Below are positions 14,756 through 29,591 of a stretch of 64,000 bases of DNA, piece by piece; the stretch's first letter is position 1, and each line of letters starts with the position of its first letter. Source of the DNA: Eledone cirrhosa (lineage: Eukaryota); NCBI GenBank assembly GCA_964016885.1, contig OZ024741.1:85622001-85686000 (forward strand), written 5' to 3'. Position numbers and translations under genes: made by a program. Under the pieces are notes generated by a model. That model saw nothing but the letters and a program-made list of their open reading frames with translations. It was not told where the DNA came from and searched no databases.

Positions 14756-16350
14756 TCTACCCCCCCGGGTCATTATGGGGGTTTGAGGGCGAGGTAAGTC
14801 CTAACGCAATCTATGTTTACATGCAGTAACCAGTTCATCTTTCTTGTTTAGGAGTTGGTCCGTCGAAAACAGCATTTGTAAAGTTTCCCTCCGAGCATAA
14901 ATTGCACGGACGGCGTCCTCCCGTGTAAGAATTGGCTCTGGACAGTAATCTCAAGTGAGATCATAGGTGATGTTGTTGTCCTTGAGGTCCCATATGTGGC
15001 CCGAAAGTGTTAGTGGCGTGACGCCGGGCCGGGTTTCGGAAGGTATGTCTATGTTGGTATAGCCGGGTCTTGAAGTCACATGCGGTAAGTCCTATATAGG
15101 CTTTGTTGGAGGTATCCGTCCTCACGTTGCACTGGTAGATCACATACGGTCTCTGCATCTATTGTCGAGTGGGCAAATAGATCTATCCGGGCAGTTACAC
15201 CTCCTGGTCGGTTCTCCACTGCTAATTAGGTTATTTCTGCCATCGGGGTTGAGTTTTTTGTTGTTAGAGGAGACGATGTTTTGTGCGAAGTTTGGTGTAG
15301 TGGCTGTAAGAGAGTTTGATGGTATTTTTGTTAATTATGTTGTGGTAGCGGTGTTGTAATGGGAAGTGTTTTTCAATGAGCCTAAAGAATAGTTTCCCGA
15401 TGGGAGTAGTCACCTCTGCGTTGTGGGGAGGATTGAACCATGTTACATTGCGTGAGCGGCGGTGTCTCCTGCTGGTTCCGCTAATGGGAGCTGGACAGTA
15501 GGATATTTCCTCCGGAAACCACTCCGCTTGAGGGCCTGATTGTAATAAGGCGCATGTTCATCGAATATCCGCTCATTAGCTGACAAACGGGATATGCGGA
15601 GGGAGATGTTTTTGACCAGGTTGTTTGTGATGTTCCTAGGATGGTTTGATCGGCGGTGGATGTAGTGCAGATTGTCATTAGGTTTCCTGTATGGGTAGTA
15701 CAGGTCGTTTTCGAGGTCGAGGGTTACGTCCAGAAAGTTTACTCGGGTCAGGGACGTTTGTAGGGTTATTTTAAATCCCCAGTCGCGGAAGAATCTGATT
15801 AATTGTTTCCGGACCCGATCTGTACTACTGGGGTTGTACCCTTTAAGGGTAAGGAGCCCATCATCACGGTACAATCCACCACCGAATGCAGGAAACATAT
15901 CAGTGAGTTTGGCTATTAGGAATAATCCTATAAGATCAGTGACCTCCGCCGAATCCGTCCGTGGCGCCCATGCTGACGTCGAAGGGTGAGTCGGGAGCTC
16001 TTTTTATCCATTTAGAGTTGTCAAAGAGTAAGACTGTCTTCCTGGCGTGGAGGATGATTTTTCTTTCCTGGTCGGTGATGGGCACGAGTGTTTCGGCGAG
16101 GTCCAAGGCGGCAGTAAGTAGCGGTAAGGTGATTGAAGCATAGTAGCTCTCTATGTCGAACTGTATGAAGTTAGTTTCTCGTTTATCCTCCATATTGCTG
16201 AACCAGGAGATTACTTCCTGGGTGTTGATCCATAGGCTAAGTCGGGTGTGTTGCTTGACTTTTGGTATCACGCGGTCTAGGATTTTTTTGCTGATTCTCC
16301 CAATGTCGGACTTCGTTGGGTTAATAAGCCTGATGGAGGGTTTACGGTCA
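14756..16350 (-). pseudogene. PLE family B RT + GIY-YIG, several frameshifts
   Basis: SIRLINPTKSDIG, FIQFDIESYYASI, VSMGATD, GLYRDDGLL, FLDVTL, SNHP, CNCPDRSICPLDNRC, VIY..YIG..FKTRLYQH, CNLCSEE. Confidence 0.9.
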
Positions 16351-17559
16351 AAAAACTCAACCCCGATGGCAGAAATAACCTAATTAGCAGTGGAGAACCG
16401 ACCAGGAGGTGTAACTGCCCGGATAGATCTATTTGCCCACTCGACAATAGATGCAGAGACCGTAATGTGATCTACCAGTGCAACGTGAGGACGGATACCT
16501 CCAACAAAGCCTATATAGGACTTACCGCATGTGACTTCAAGACCCGGCTATACCAACATAGACATACCTTCCGAAACCGGCCCGGCGTCACGCCACTACA
16601 CTTTCGGGCCACATATGGGACCTCAAGGACAACAACATCACCTATGATCTCACTTGGAGATTACTGTCCAGAGCCAATTCTTACACGGGAGGACGCCGTC
16701 CGTGCAATTTATGCTCGGAGGAAACTTTACAAATGCTGTTTTCGACGGACCAACTCCTAAACAAGAAAGATGAACTGGTTACTGCATGTAAACATAGATT
16801 GCGTAGGACTTACCTCGCCCTCAAACCCCATAATGACCCGGGGGGGTAGACTAGGGCTATAACACCCCAGTTGCCGATTTTGCAATGGGTAACCCCTGCT
16901 TGCCAAGGAAGACGTAAGATCTTCTTTGTATTCTTTTATCGCTTCCTTTATTTCCTTCCCCCCTCTCTCCTTTGTCCTTCTACCCCAGCTCTTCTCCTTT
17001 GTCGGCGTCTTTCTCGCCCACCCGAGGCTGCCCTTTGGCCCCATGTAGCCTTAGTACCCCCCCCCCCCTCCCCTAGTCTTTGATAGATTTGGCGGACTCC
17101 GCCCTTTATAGCAGTTGGCTTAGACCCCGGATACTTTCCCCCTTTTTCCGACCGCTCCCACTATTCTCTGTGCCCTCTATATTTCTTAGTGGCACTTATG
17201 CCTTATTTTTTCGTTTCAGTATTTCTTGCTTCGCTTTTCTTCTGGGCGGGGTGGATTCTGAATTTATTTCTCCGTATTCTACCTTATTTCGTACGAACTT
17301 TCATGTAGCTTGTTTAGATCTTTTAGAGTTAGCATTAGTATATATTTTTCTCGGGACTCAGAATTATTATCTCGCACAAGTTCACTTTGCTGCACTGGGT
17401 CGTTGCTGGCCCGGGATGGAAACCTTTATTGTTTATTTCGTGGTAGTCTCTTTAGTATTTTGGCCCCTTTTGTTGACCCGTCACGTATCATTTACGTACT
17501 TATACCTCTTAAAAGGGTCCTTGCCTATACCGTCCCACCTAGTTCTCTTACTTATTTCC

Positions 17560-17594
<35 letters not shown>

Positions 17595-18068
17595 CTTCTT
17601 TCTTTCTTTCTTTATTTTATTCTCGCCTAACAATAGCCTGACACCTAGGTCGTTGAATTTAATTTACTTTACTTTTTTCTTTACACTTATTTGCTTTTCT
17701 TCACTCTCAGTATTTTTTCTTTCCTATTTCTACCCCCCATTGTTCTACCTACCGTTCCGACTTCCTCCCCCTCCCCCTCCCCTGTATCTTCTTTGACCTC
17801 ATGCCCAGCTGTAGCTGGCACTACCAACGCTTGATTGGGTCTACTCCACCCCCTCCCCTCTTTCTCCTACTGGCAGGTTTAGCCACCATCCCCCCTACTA
17901 ATTTGCAACCACAGAATTACTACTGATTTTTGACAATCACTTTGACCATATATGGAATTACCCCTTGAGAAGATCGGCTATTTAAATACCAGGATAAATT
18001 TTCATTTAGTCCAGAATTAGCCGTCGAAACGGCTTGAGCTCAGCTGTCGGGGTCTTACTGGTTCCTAT
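16349..18068 (+). mobile_element. PLE family B inverted arm (GIY-YIG + 3' region, no tail)
   Basis: Near-perfect reverse complement of ~13535-15260; CAAA microhomology at the junction. Confidence 0.92.
17960..18053 (+). ncRNA. Type I HHR, family B
   Basis: ACCCC-TTGAGAA-GA(T)CGGCTA..TAGCCGTC-GAAA-CGGCT-TGAGCTC-AGCTG-TC^-GGGGT; predicted cleavage after 18048. Confidence 0.8.
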
Positions 18069-18094
18069 ATATATATATATATATATATTTATAT

Positions 18095-18167
18095 TTATTA
18101 AAATAACAGATTAAAGTTTAAATAGAGAATCGCTTCTTTCACCCTTAACGGGATCTTCTGAAACTTA
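18095..18167 (-). ncRNA. Solo HHR insert, family C (stem III degenerate)
   Basis: Same endpoints as 12335-12407, with ~5 substitutions. Confidence 0.6.
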
Positions 18168-18169
18168 TG

Positions 18170-18227
<58 letters not shown>

Positions 18228-18246
18228 CATACATATATATATATAC

Positions 18247-18293
<47 letters not shown>

Positions 18294-18328
18294 CATGTAT
18301 ATATATATAACATATATATATATACATG

Positions 18329-18412
<84 letters not shown>

Positions 18413-18496
18413 TATACATATACATATATATATATACATATATATATATACATATATATATATATACATATATATATATACATAAATGTATATACA

Positions 18497-18627
18497 TATA
18501 AGTTGAAAAAAAAAAAAAAATGAAAACGAAAACGAAATTTCATTTCTCACTCTTAGTATGTCACTTACTTAAATGTAAGTATGTATGTATACGTACATAC
18601 ATATATGTATACCGACGTACAGTAGCA

Positions 18628-18699
<72 letters not shown>

Positions 18700-19145
18700 A
18701 TACATACAGGTACACATACATATATGCACGCATCAGTTTAGCGGACGCTCGCTTATTATAACGCCGCTTTGTTCGTTTGTCAACAAACTGAACAGCCTGA
18801 ATTTATGCCATACGGTGTTAAAACAACCACGTCACCTTTTTGTTCAACACTGACACAGGAACGATGTACTAGTTTCAAGCTTGTTAGCTATCATCAGCAC
18901 CGTTTACACATCTGCCATATAGTTGAACGTTCGAAAGTATATACTTTCCTTATGAAAATTAACGGCTGAGCAGCCTAATTTGCATATTGAGTGAGTTAAA
19001 TCGGTCAGGCATACCGAAAACGATAAGTTGAAAAAAAAAAAAAAATGAAAACGAAATTTCATCTCTCACTCTTAGTATGACACTTACTTAAATGTAAGTA
19101 TGTATGTATACGTACATACTATATGTATACCAACGTACAGTAGCA

Positions 19146-19191
<46 letters not shown>

Positions 19192-19854
19192 CAGGTACAC
19201 ATACATATATGCACGCATCAGTTTAGCGGACGCTTATTATAACGCCGCTTTGTTCGTTTGTCAACAAACTGAACAGCCTGAATTTATGCCATACGGTGTT
19301 AAGGCAACCACGTCACCTTTTTGTTTAACACTGACACAGGAACGATGTACTAGTTTCAAGCTTGTTAGCTATCATCAGCACCGTTTACCCATCTGCCAGA
19401 TAGTTGAACGTTCGAAAGTATATTCTTTCCTTATGAAAATTAACGGCTGAGCAGCCTAATTTGCATATTGAGTGAGTTAACTCGGTCAGGCATACCGAAA
19501 ACGATAAGTTTTTTTTTTTTTCAACTTATCGTTTTCGGTATGCCTGACCGATTTAACTCACTCAATATGCAAATTAGGCTGCTCAGCCGTTAATTTTCAT
19601 AAGGAAAGTATATACTTTCGAACGTTCAACTATCTGGCAGATGGGTAAACGGTGCTGATGATAGCTAACAAGCTTGAAACTAGTACATCGTTCCTGTGTC
19701 AGTGTTGAACAAAAAGGTGACGTGGTTGCCTTAACACCGTATGGCATAAATTCAGGCTGTTCAGTTTGTTGACAAACGAACAAAGCGGCGTTATAATAAG
19801 CGTCCGCTAAACTGATGCGTGCATATATGTATGTGTACCTGTATCTATATATAT

Positions 19855-19903
<49 letters not shown>

Positions 19904-19963
19904 GCATGCTACTGTACGTCGGTATACATATATGTATGTACGTATACATACATACTTACATTT
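18497..19963. mobile_element. Retrozyme-like family D: two tandem units (minus) plus an inverted partial unit (plus)
   Basis: Units start at ~18497 and ~19024; inversion at ~19510; HHRs at 18860-18904(-), 19341-19385(-) and 19648-19692(+); TA-flanked. Confidence 0.85.
19648..19692 (+). ncRNA. Minimal type I HHR, family D
   Basis: AACGGTG-CTGATGA-T-AGCT-AACA-AGCT-T-GAAA-CTAG-TA^-CATCGTT. Confidence 0.88.
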
Positions 19964-20020
19964 ATATATACATATATATATATACATATATATATATATA
20001 CATATATATATATACATATA

Positions 20021-20790
20021 TAGGATATGTGTTCCTTCACGCACAAGGCGCTAGGTACGCATGTATTGTCCAACCAAATGCCAGTGTGGTTCAATGGCGG
20101 GTTAATAAATTAACGAGCCAGAACAAATATAAACAAGGTTTAGCAAATAATGAAAAAAGTTTCAAATAAATTTTAAAAAATTGACTTTACCTACTATAGT
20201 TACCTTTACCGATCGGTTTCGAATCCCAAAAATAAAATGGAGACCATACGGCCTTCGTTGCAAAGAAAGATTCTCGTCAGAAGGTTCTTTTCATTCAAAG
20301 AATATAAAATTCCTGAATTAAATCACAGACTAGCGCTATCAAAACTGTTCCCGGGATGAGAGTGGATGATGTAGAAACAGGTTTATCAAGGGCCGAAGCA
20401 AAGATAGAGGCAAAAGGAGGTAGGTCAAAACCAACCACGGCTATCGCTAGCAGCAGTCAGAACGACCAAATTTGTTCTCAACATTAGTGGAGGTAGTAGT
20501 AATAGGATATGTGTTCCTTCACGCACAAGGCGCTAGGTACGCATCTACATCATCCACTCTCATCCCGGGAACAGTTTTGATAGCGCTAGTCTGTGATTTA
20601 AATTCAGGAATTTTATATTCTTTGAATGAAAAGAACCTTCTGACGAGAATCTTTCTTTGCAACGAAGGCCGTATGGTCTCCGTTTTATTTTTGGGATTCG
20701 AAACCGATCGGTAAAGGTAACTATAGTAGGTAAAGTCAATTTTTAAAATTTATTTTGAAACTTTTTCATTATTTGCTAAACCTTGTTTAT
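20021..20790. mobile_element. HHR element family E: 482-bp unit (minus) with partial tandem and inverted arm
   Basis: 20021-20062 is directly repeated at 20503-20544; 20545-20790 is an inverted copy of ~20127-20373; HHRs at 20202-20285(-) and 20635-20718(+). Confidence 0.85.
20635..20718 (+). ncRNA. Type I HHR, family E
   Basis: ACCTT-CTGACGA-GAATC..GATTC-GAAA-CC-GATC-GG-TA^-AAGGT. Confidence 0.88.
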
Positions 20791-20796
20791 ATATAC

Positions 20797-20944
<148 letters not shown>

Positions 20945-21264
20945 GAAGGAGGTGAGTTTTATTGTAGAACAATAAAGCAATGCAGATATCGGATAAGTTG
21001 CACTCTACAGTTTGTAGGATTGGAGTATAAATAATATAAGATCAAAAGATGGTTAAAAGAGTTCCATGTATTTTATTATGCGCATTTCAAAAACAAATAT
21101 CATCATGAGATGACATTTGCGTTTTCGTCAGATAAAATAGGGAGATATGATATGAAGGTTAAAAAACACTTGTGAATAATGCAGTTTTAAATCATCATAT
21201 GAAAAGTAATTTAAGATTGATGTGTGTATTGGGAAAAAAATGCATATATATATATATATATATA

Positions 21265-21340
<76 letters not shown>

Positions 21341-21341
21341 A

Positions 21342-21391
<50 letters not shown>

Positions 21392-21457
21392 ATATATATA
21401 TATACATACATAAATATATATATATATACATAAATATATATATATATACATATAGAA

Positions 21458-21560
<103 letters not shown>

Positions 21561-21561
21561 C

Positions 21562-21642
<81 letters not shown>

Positions 21643-21696
21643 TATATTTACATATATATATACATATATATATATATATACTATATATATATACAC

Positions 21697-21891
<195 letters not shown>

Positions 21892-21893
21892 CA

Positions 21894-21929
<36 letters not shown>

Positions 21930-21986
21930 CATATATATACATATATATACATATATATACATATATATACATATATATATATACAC

Positions 21987-22067
<81 letters not shown>

Positions 22068-22117
22068 TATGTATATATATATGTATGTATATATATATAT
22101 GTATATATATATATATT

Positions 22118-22214
<97 letters not shown>

Positions 22215-22423
22215 ATATATATGTATATATGTATGTATGTATATATATATGTATGTATGTGTATGTGTATGTATGTGTATATGTATGTATGTATATGTGT
22301 ATGTATATGTATATATGTATGTATATATATATGTATGTATGTGTATATGTATGTATGTATATATGTATGTATATGTGTATGTATGTGTATGTATGTATGT
22401 ATATATATATGTATGTATATATG

Positions 22424-23159
<736 letters not shown>

Positions 23160-23160
23160 G

Positions 23161-23675
23161 AGAGAGAGAGAAAATTGAGGTTGGTAATGGCACATGGAAT
23201 ATATAAGAGACAGAATACTTTTTTGTGAAAAAACATAATTTTATAAGGTAAGGAAATAATAAAGGGTATAAAAAATGACCGGTTTCGATGGGTCTGCAAA
23301 AGCCATCTTTTCAAATGTTGATTAATATTAAGAAAAATTAATAATACGAAGAGTTAAAATTTGAGACTTGAAAATTCAAGTATAAAATTCATTGTGGGAT
23401 TTCATAGCAGTTTTCATCTTGGTAGCAACAACAGGTTGACTGCTGTGTCCCTTTCTGGTAGTGAATGAGAAGTTATTTGGGGTGTGGGTTATTTTATAAA
23501 GGTCAGATTTAGCAATCACCAACTGGCCAGCTGCTGGTCAGTGAGGGGGTGGAAGCAATATACATACACATATCTTCCTGTGATGGGTAGGAGAGTGGAG
23601 CGTGATAGAAAGGGATTTAGTGCACTTACACCTATATATACACACATACCTTCATCCACACATACATACATATAC

Positions 23676-23714
<39 letters not shown>

Positions 23715-23794
23715 CACACATACATACACACACACATACATATACATACACACATACACACACACACATATATATATACACATACACACACACT

Positions 23795-23846
<52 letters not shown>

Positions 23847-23913
23847 TATATATACATACACATACATCCAGATACACACATACATACACACACACACACA
23901 CATATATATATAT

Positions 23914-23963
<50 letters not shown>

Positions 23964-24304
23964 CCCCACACATACATACACACACACACACATATATATA
24001 TACATACACACATACAAACATACACACACACACACACATATATATACACACACATACACTGCTATGAAATCCCACAATGAATTTTATACTTGAATTTTCA
24101 AGTCTCAAATTTTAACTCTTCGTATTATTAATTTTTCTTAATATTAATCAACATTTGAAAAGATGGCTTTTGCAGACCCATCGAAACCGGTCATTTTTTA
24201 TACCCTTTATTATTTCCTTACCTTATAAAATTATGTTTTTTCACAAAAAAGTATTCTGTCTCTTATATATTCCATGTGCCATTACCAACCTCAATTTTCT
24301 CTCT
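23161..24304. mobile_element. Fold-back HHR element family F
   Basis: 23161-23410 is inverted at 24059-24304. HHRs at 23272-23319(-) and 24150-24197(+): AT-TTGAAAA-GATGG..CCATC-GAAA-CCGG-TC^-AT. Confidence 0.8.
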
Positions 24305-24309
24305 ATATA

Positions 24310-24780
<471 letters not shown>

Positions 24781-24924
24781 TGTATATATATATATATAGA
24801 TATGGATGAGTGTGTGTGTGTGTGTGTACATGCGTATGTGTGTATATACAGGTATATACATATACATATGTAAGAATATATATATAACATAAATATATAT
24901 ATAAGAATATATATATAACATAAA

Positions 24925-25160
24925 TAAGTGAGACGGTGCTATTCGTACATCTTTATTTTATTCGTTATACGTATTTCGAAGATGCAAGGTTGTTATATTA
25001 GAACCCCCTTACACGTACTCTTCAGACAAAGGTTATATAATTTTCCATTGATATGCTACCAGTCCGACGTGTTATTATCCTCGCCGACCAGTACTCATAT
25101 CTTCGAAATACGTATAACAAATAAAATAAAGATGTACGTATATATAGTGAAAAAAACGGT

Positions 25161-25163
<3 letters not shown>
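24925..25163. mobile_element. Fold-back HHR element family G; HHR at 24961-25030(-)
   Basis: TTTGT-CTGAAGA-G..GTGTAAGG..CCTTGCAT..C-GAAA-TACGTA-TA^-ACGAA; inverted arms at ~24942-24983 and ~25099-25139. Confidence 0.72.
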
Positions 25164-25238
<75 letters not shown>

Positions 25239-26792
25239 TGTATATACAGATATGTATGAATACATATACGCATATACATGCATACATGTGTGCATACATG
25301 TATGCATATATGTGTGTGTGCATACATAACTGGTGTATATATGTACGTACGTATGTATGTTGGTTGGTGTCAGGGGAGCGCAGTAATTTCCCAGGAATTG
25401 AAGGGTTCCGAGATGTTGTTACGGCCTTCTTCTGAGAGAGGAAACTCTAAAGTCAAACCGATGGTTTATGTGATTATTGGTTGTCTTGTTTCGGCTTATT
25501 ATCAGATAATAATCATTGAGTTTCAGAGGGTAGCATTCGTGTTCTTCAAGGGTTTGTCACTATAATCCATGATGTACAGATGTCTCTTTGGCAATCTTCT
25601 CATCTGTATTCTATCTCTCTAGCCAATGCCGGCAAGGACTCTGAATTCTTGGTACCATGCAGGCATTTAACCTATTGCTGCAGCTATTTGGATGTCACAC
25701 GAATTTGTACCAATGAAATACCACCACTTCCGTAGTTTCGTCACCTCCGGAGATGTAGTATAAGCGAGAAAAGTCACGGCACACCATCACCTATGCTAAC
25801 GTATTCTGTGTTGAAGTGTCGTCAGAGCATGGAGGTGGGGTCTTGGTCTTGCTTTTAGTTGCTAGATTGAAAAGTCACTTCTGTGCATGTGCATATGGGG
25901 AGGGTGTAGTCTTGCAGGAATGATTGAGGTGATGTTGAGACGAGGATCTTCTGACAAGATGAAGCAATTATCACATGTGCGTGTGTGTGTGTATACATAT
26001 GCATATATACACACAACCGTCAGAGAAATGAGAAAAGACAGACTACGTTATAGCTTTGGTACATACATACATACATACATACATACATACATACATACAT
26101 ACATACATACATACGACATACATATATACATATATACATACTACAAACATGCATACATACACACATACATACATGCATACTACATACACACATACACACA
26201 TACACAGATACATACTACATACATACACACATGCATACATATATACTACAAACATACATACACGCATACATACATACATACATACATACATACATACATA
26301 CATACACACATACATACATACATACATACATACATAATACATACATACATACATACATACATACATACACACATACATACATACATACATACATACATAC
26401 ATAATACATACATACATACATACATACATACATACATACATACATAATACATACATACATACATACATACATACATACATACATACATACATACATACAT
26501 ACATACATACATACATACATTGCACCGAAATCTTAGGAAATGTAAAGTAGAGTGAAGATTTTAGTGAATACGGTTTCATAACAATTTAAATGCAATTTCT
26601 TTTTAATTTTGTGTGATAAAATCAATAGAAGTTATCGATTCACAAGTAACGTCAGTATAGTAATCGATGTTTGATGTTCTTGTCGACAAATGTCAGTGGT
26701 TCTGGTTTAGCATTTGATTTTTATATCAATTATTAACTTTTGCTGGATTGATGTTGTTCCTGTAGATAGCTTTCTTTCTCTTTATCCCCTCT

Positions 26793-26866
<74 letters not shown>

Positions 26867-26873
26867 GTATATA

Positions 26874-26929
<56 letters not shown>

Positions 26930-27326
26930 ATTAAATCTGTATATATACACTTTGGTTGCTTAGCTCTCTCTCTCGCTCGCTCTCTTTCTCTCTCTCTCTC
27001 GCTCGCTCGCTTTCTCTCTCTCTCTCTTTCTATATATATATATATTTATATATTTATATATAGAGACAGATAGATAGATAGATATGCATATATATAATTG
27101 TAGACTTGTCTAGGCATAGCACCCCCCCCCCCCCTCACGCGATATTATACCGCTAATTGTTGATAGGGGGCTGATGATCCAAATAACGTTACATACCTTG
27201 TTCTTGGTATTCATTCACTCCATCCCTATATCCATCTCCCCATCGTTCTGATCCATTTTCACCTTTCCTCTTTCTCTCTCTCTCCCTCCATATAACTCCC
27301 TCATTTCTCATCTTTCTTTCTCTTCA

Positions 27327-27399
<73 letters not shown>

Positions 27400-27664
27400 C
27401 GCCCTCATCTCTCATTCTCTCTCCCTCTCTTTCTCACGCTCTCCGTTCGATTTGTGGTTATATCTTAACCCAAAAACTTTACTATGCAAATAGTATACAG
27501 CTGGTAACAGCTACCTTTCGCACTGATAATACTCAAATTTTATGAATATTCACATATGTATATTAAATGCGGAAATACCCACTTTATAAATAAAATGCTT
27601 TGATATTATACTGAAAAAATCCCTCCAGTATTTTCTACTGAATTTTTTCCTTTTTACTATTTGT

Positions 27665-27905
27665 TTATATATAGAGAGAGTAAGTTCCACAACAAATTAG
27701 CAGACTATACCCGAGGGCGCGCATTTCACCGGACAGATTTTCCACCCGTGTATGTCTGCGGTGAGCATGAAAGTATATAAGAACTGATTGGAATTTGCGC
27801 GGCAGGTGACAGTAGTTTGATGACAAGGGATGAAAATCCATCGAGCGAAACACGGCCTTCTTCAGATGGTTTGCTAATTTGTTGCCCAACTATTCACTCT
27901 CTGTA
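27665..27905. repeat. Diverged fold-back insert in (TA)n
   Basis: AGAGAGTAAGTT..CAACAAATTAGCAGACTA versus TGGTTTGCTAATTTGTTG..AACT.TTCACTCTCT. Confidence 0.65.
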
Positions 27906-27949
27906 TATATACATATATATAAATATATATATATATTTATATATTTATA

Positions 27950-28011
<62 letters not shown>

Positions 28012-28018
<7 letters not shown>

Positions 28019-28232
28019 GTGAGGGGTTTTTTACAAAATGAAAAATAACCGAGGTGTCCTACACGAGTGAAAGTATAAAGAAAAAAAGATGAAATCGAAA
28101 ATGCAACTGGAGTCTTATTTAAAAAAATATTTATTTGGTTCCTTTACCGGTTTCGCAGTTCTTCTGCTTTTCAAAAGTAGAGTTGAGATGGAGGGTCTGT
28201 GGTTTTTCTCATATCTGATGTGAGAAAAACCA
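28012..28232 (-). mobile_element. HHR element family I; HHR at 28142-28177 (U3-A8)
   Basis: CTT-TTGAAAA-GCAG-AAGAA-CTGC-GAAA-CCGG-TA^-AAG. Relatives at 43605-43955 and 44128-44245. Confidence 0.75.
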
Positions 28233-28235
28233 TAT

Positions 28236-29589
<1,354 letters not shown>

Positions 29590-29591
<2 letters not shown>

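Larger units (their letters stand above)
13457..16352 (-). mobile_element. PLE family B (Hydra-type), long arm with tail
   Basis: Frameshifted RT/GIY-YIG, then ~1.3 kb 3' region, HHR and ~80-nt tail, ending in (TA)n. Confidence 0.92.

Noticed and set aside
17080-17796. 238-aa hydrophobic ORF in the PLE B 3' region
   Set aside because: T-rich low-complexity sequence, and the frame is broken in the mirror arm.
18769-20044. Repeated 66-aa ORF ([11 protein letters not shown]...) in three copies
   Set aside because: Antisense to the HHR strand of a non-coding repeat, with no domain features and no consistent ATG start.
21077-21106. HHR-like ATGATGA..GAAA-TGCGCA-TA on the minus strand
   Set aside because: C3 is missing, stems I and II do not pair; at best a decayed remnant.
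27171-27200. CTGATGA motif
   Set aside because: No downstream GAAA or stems.
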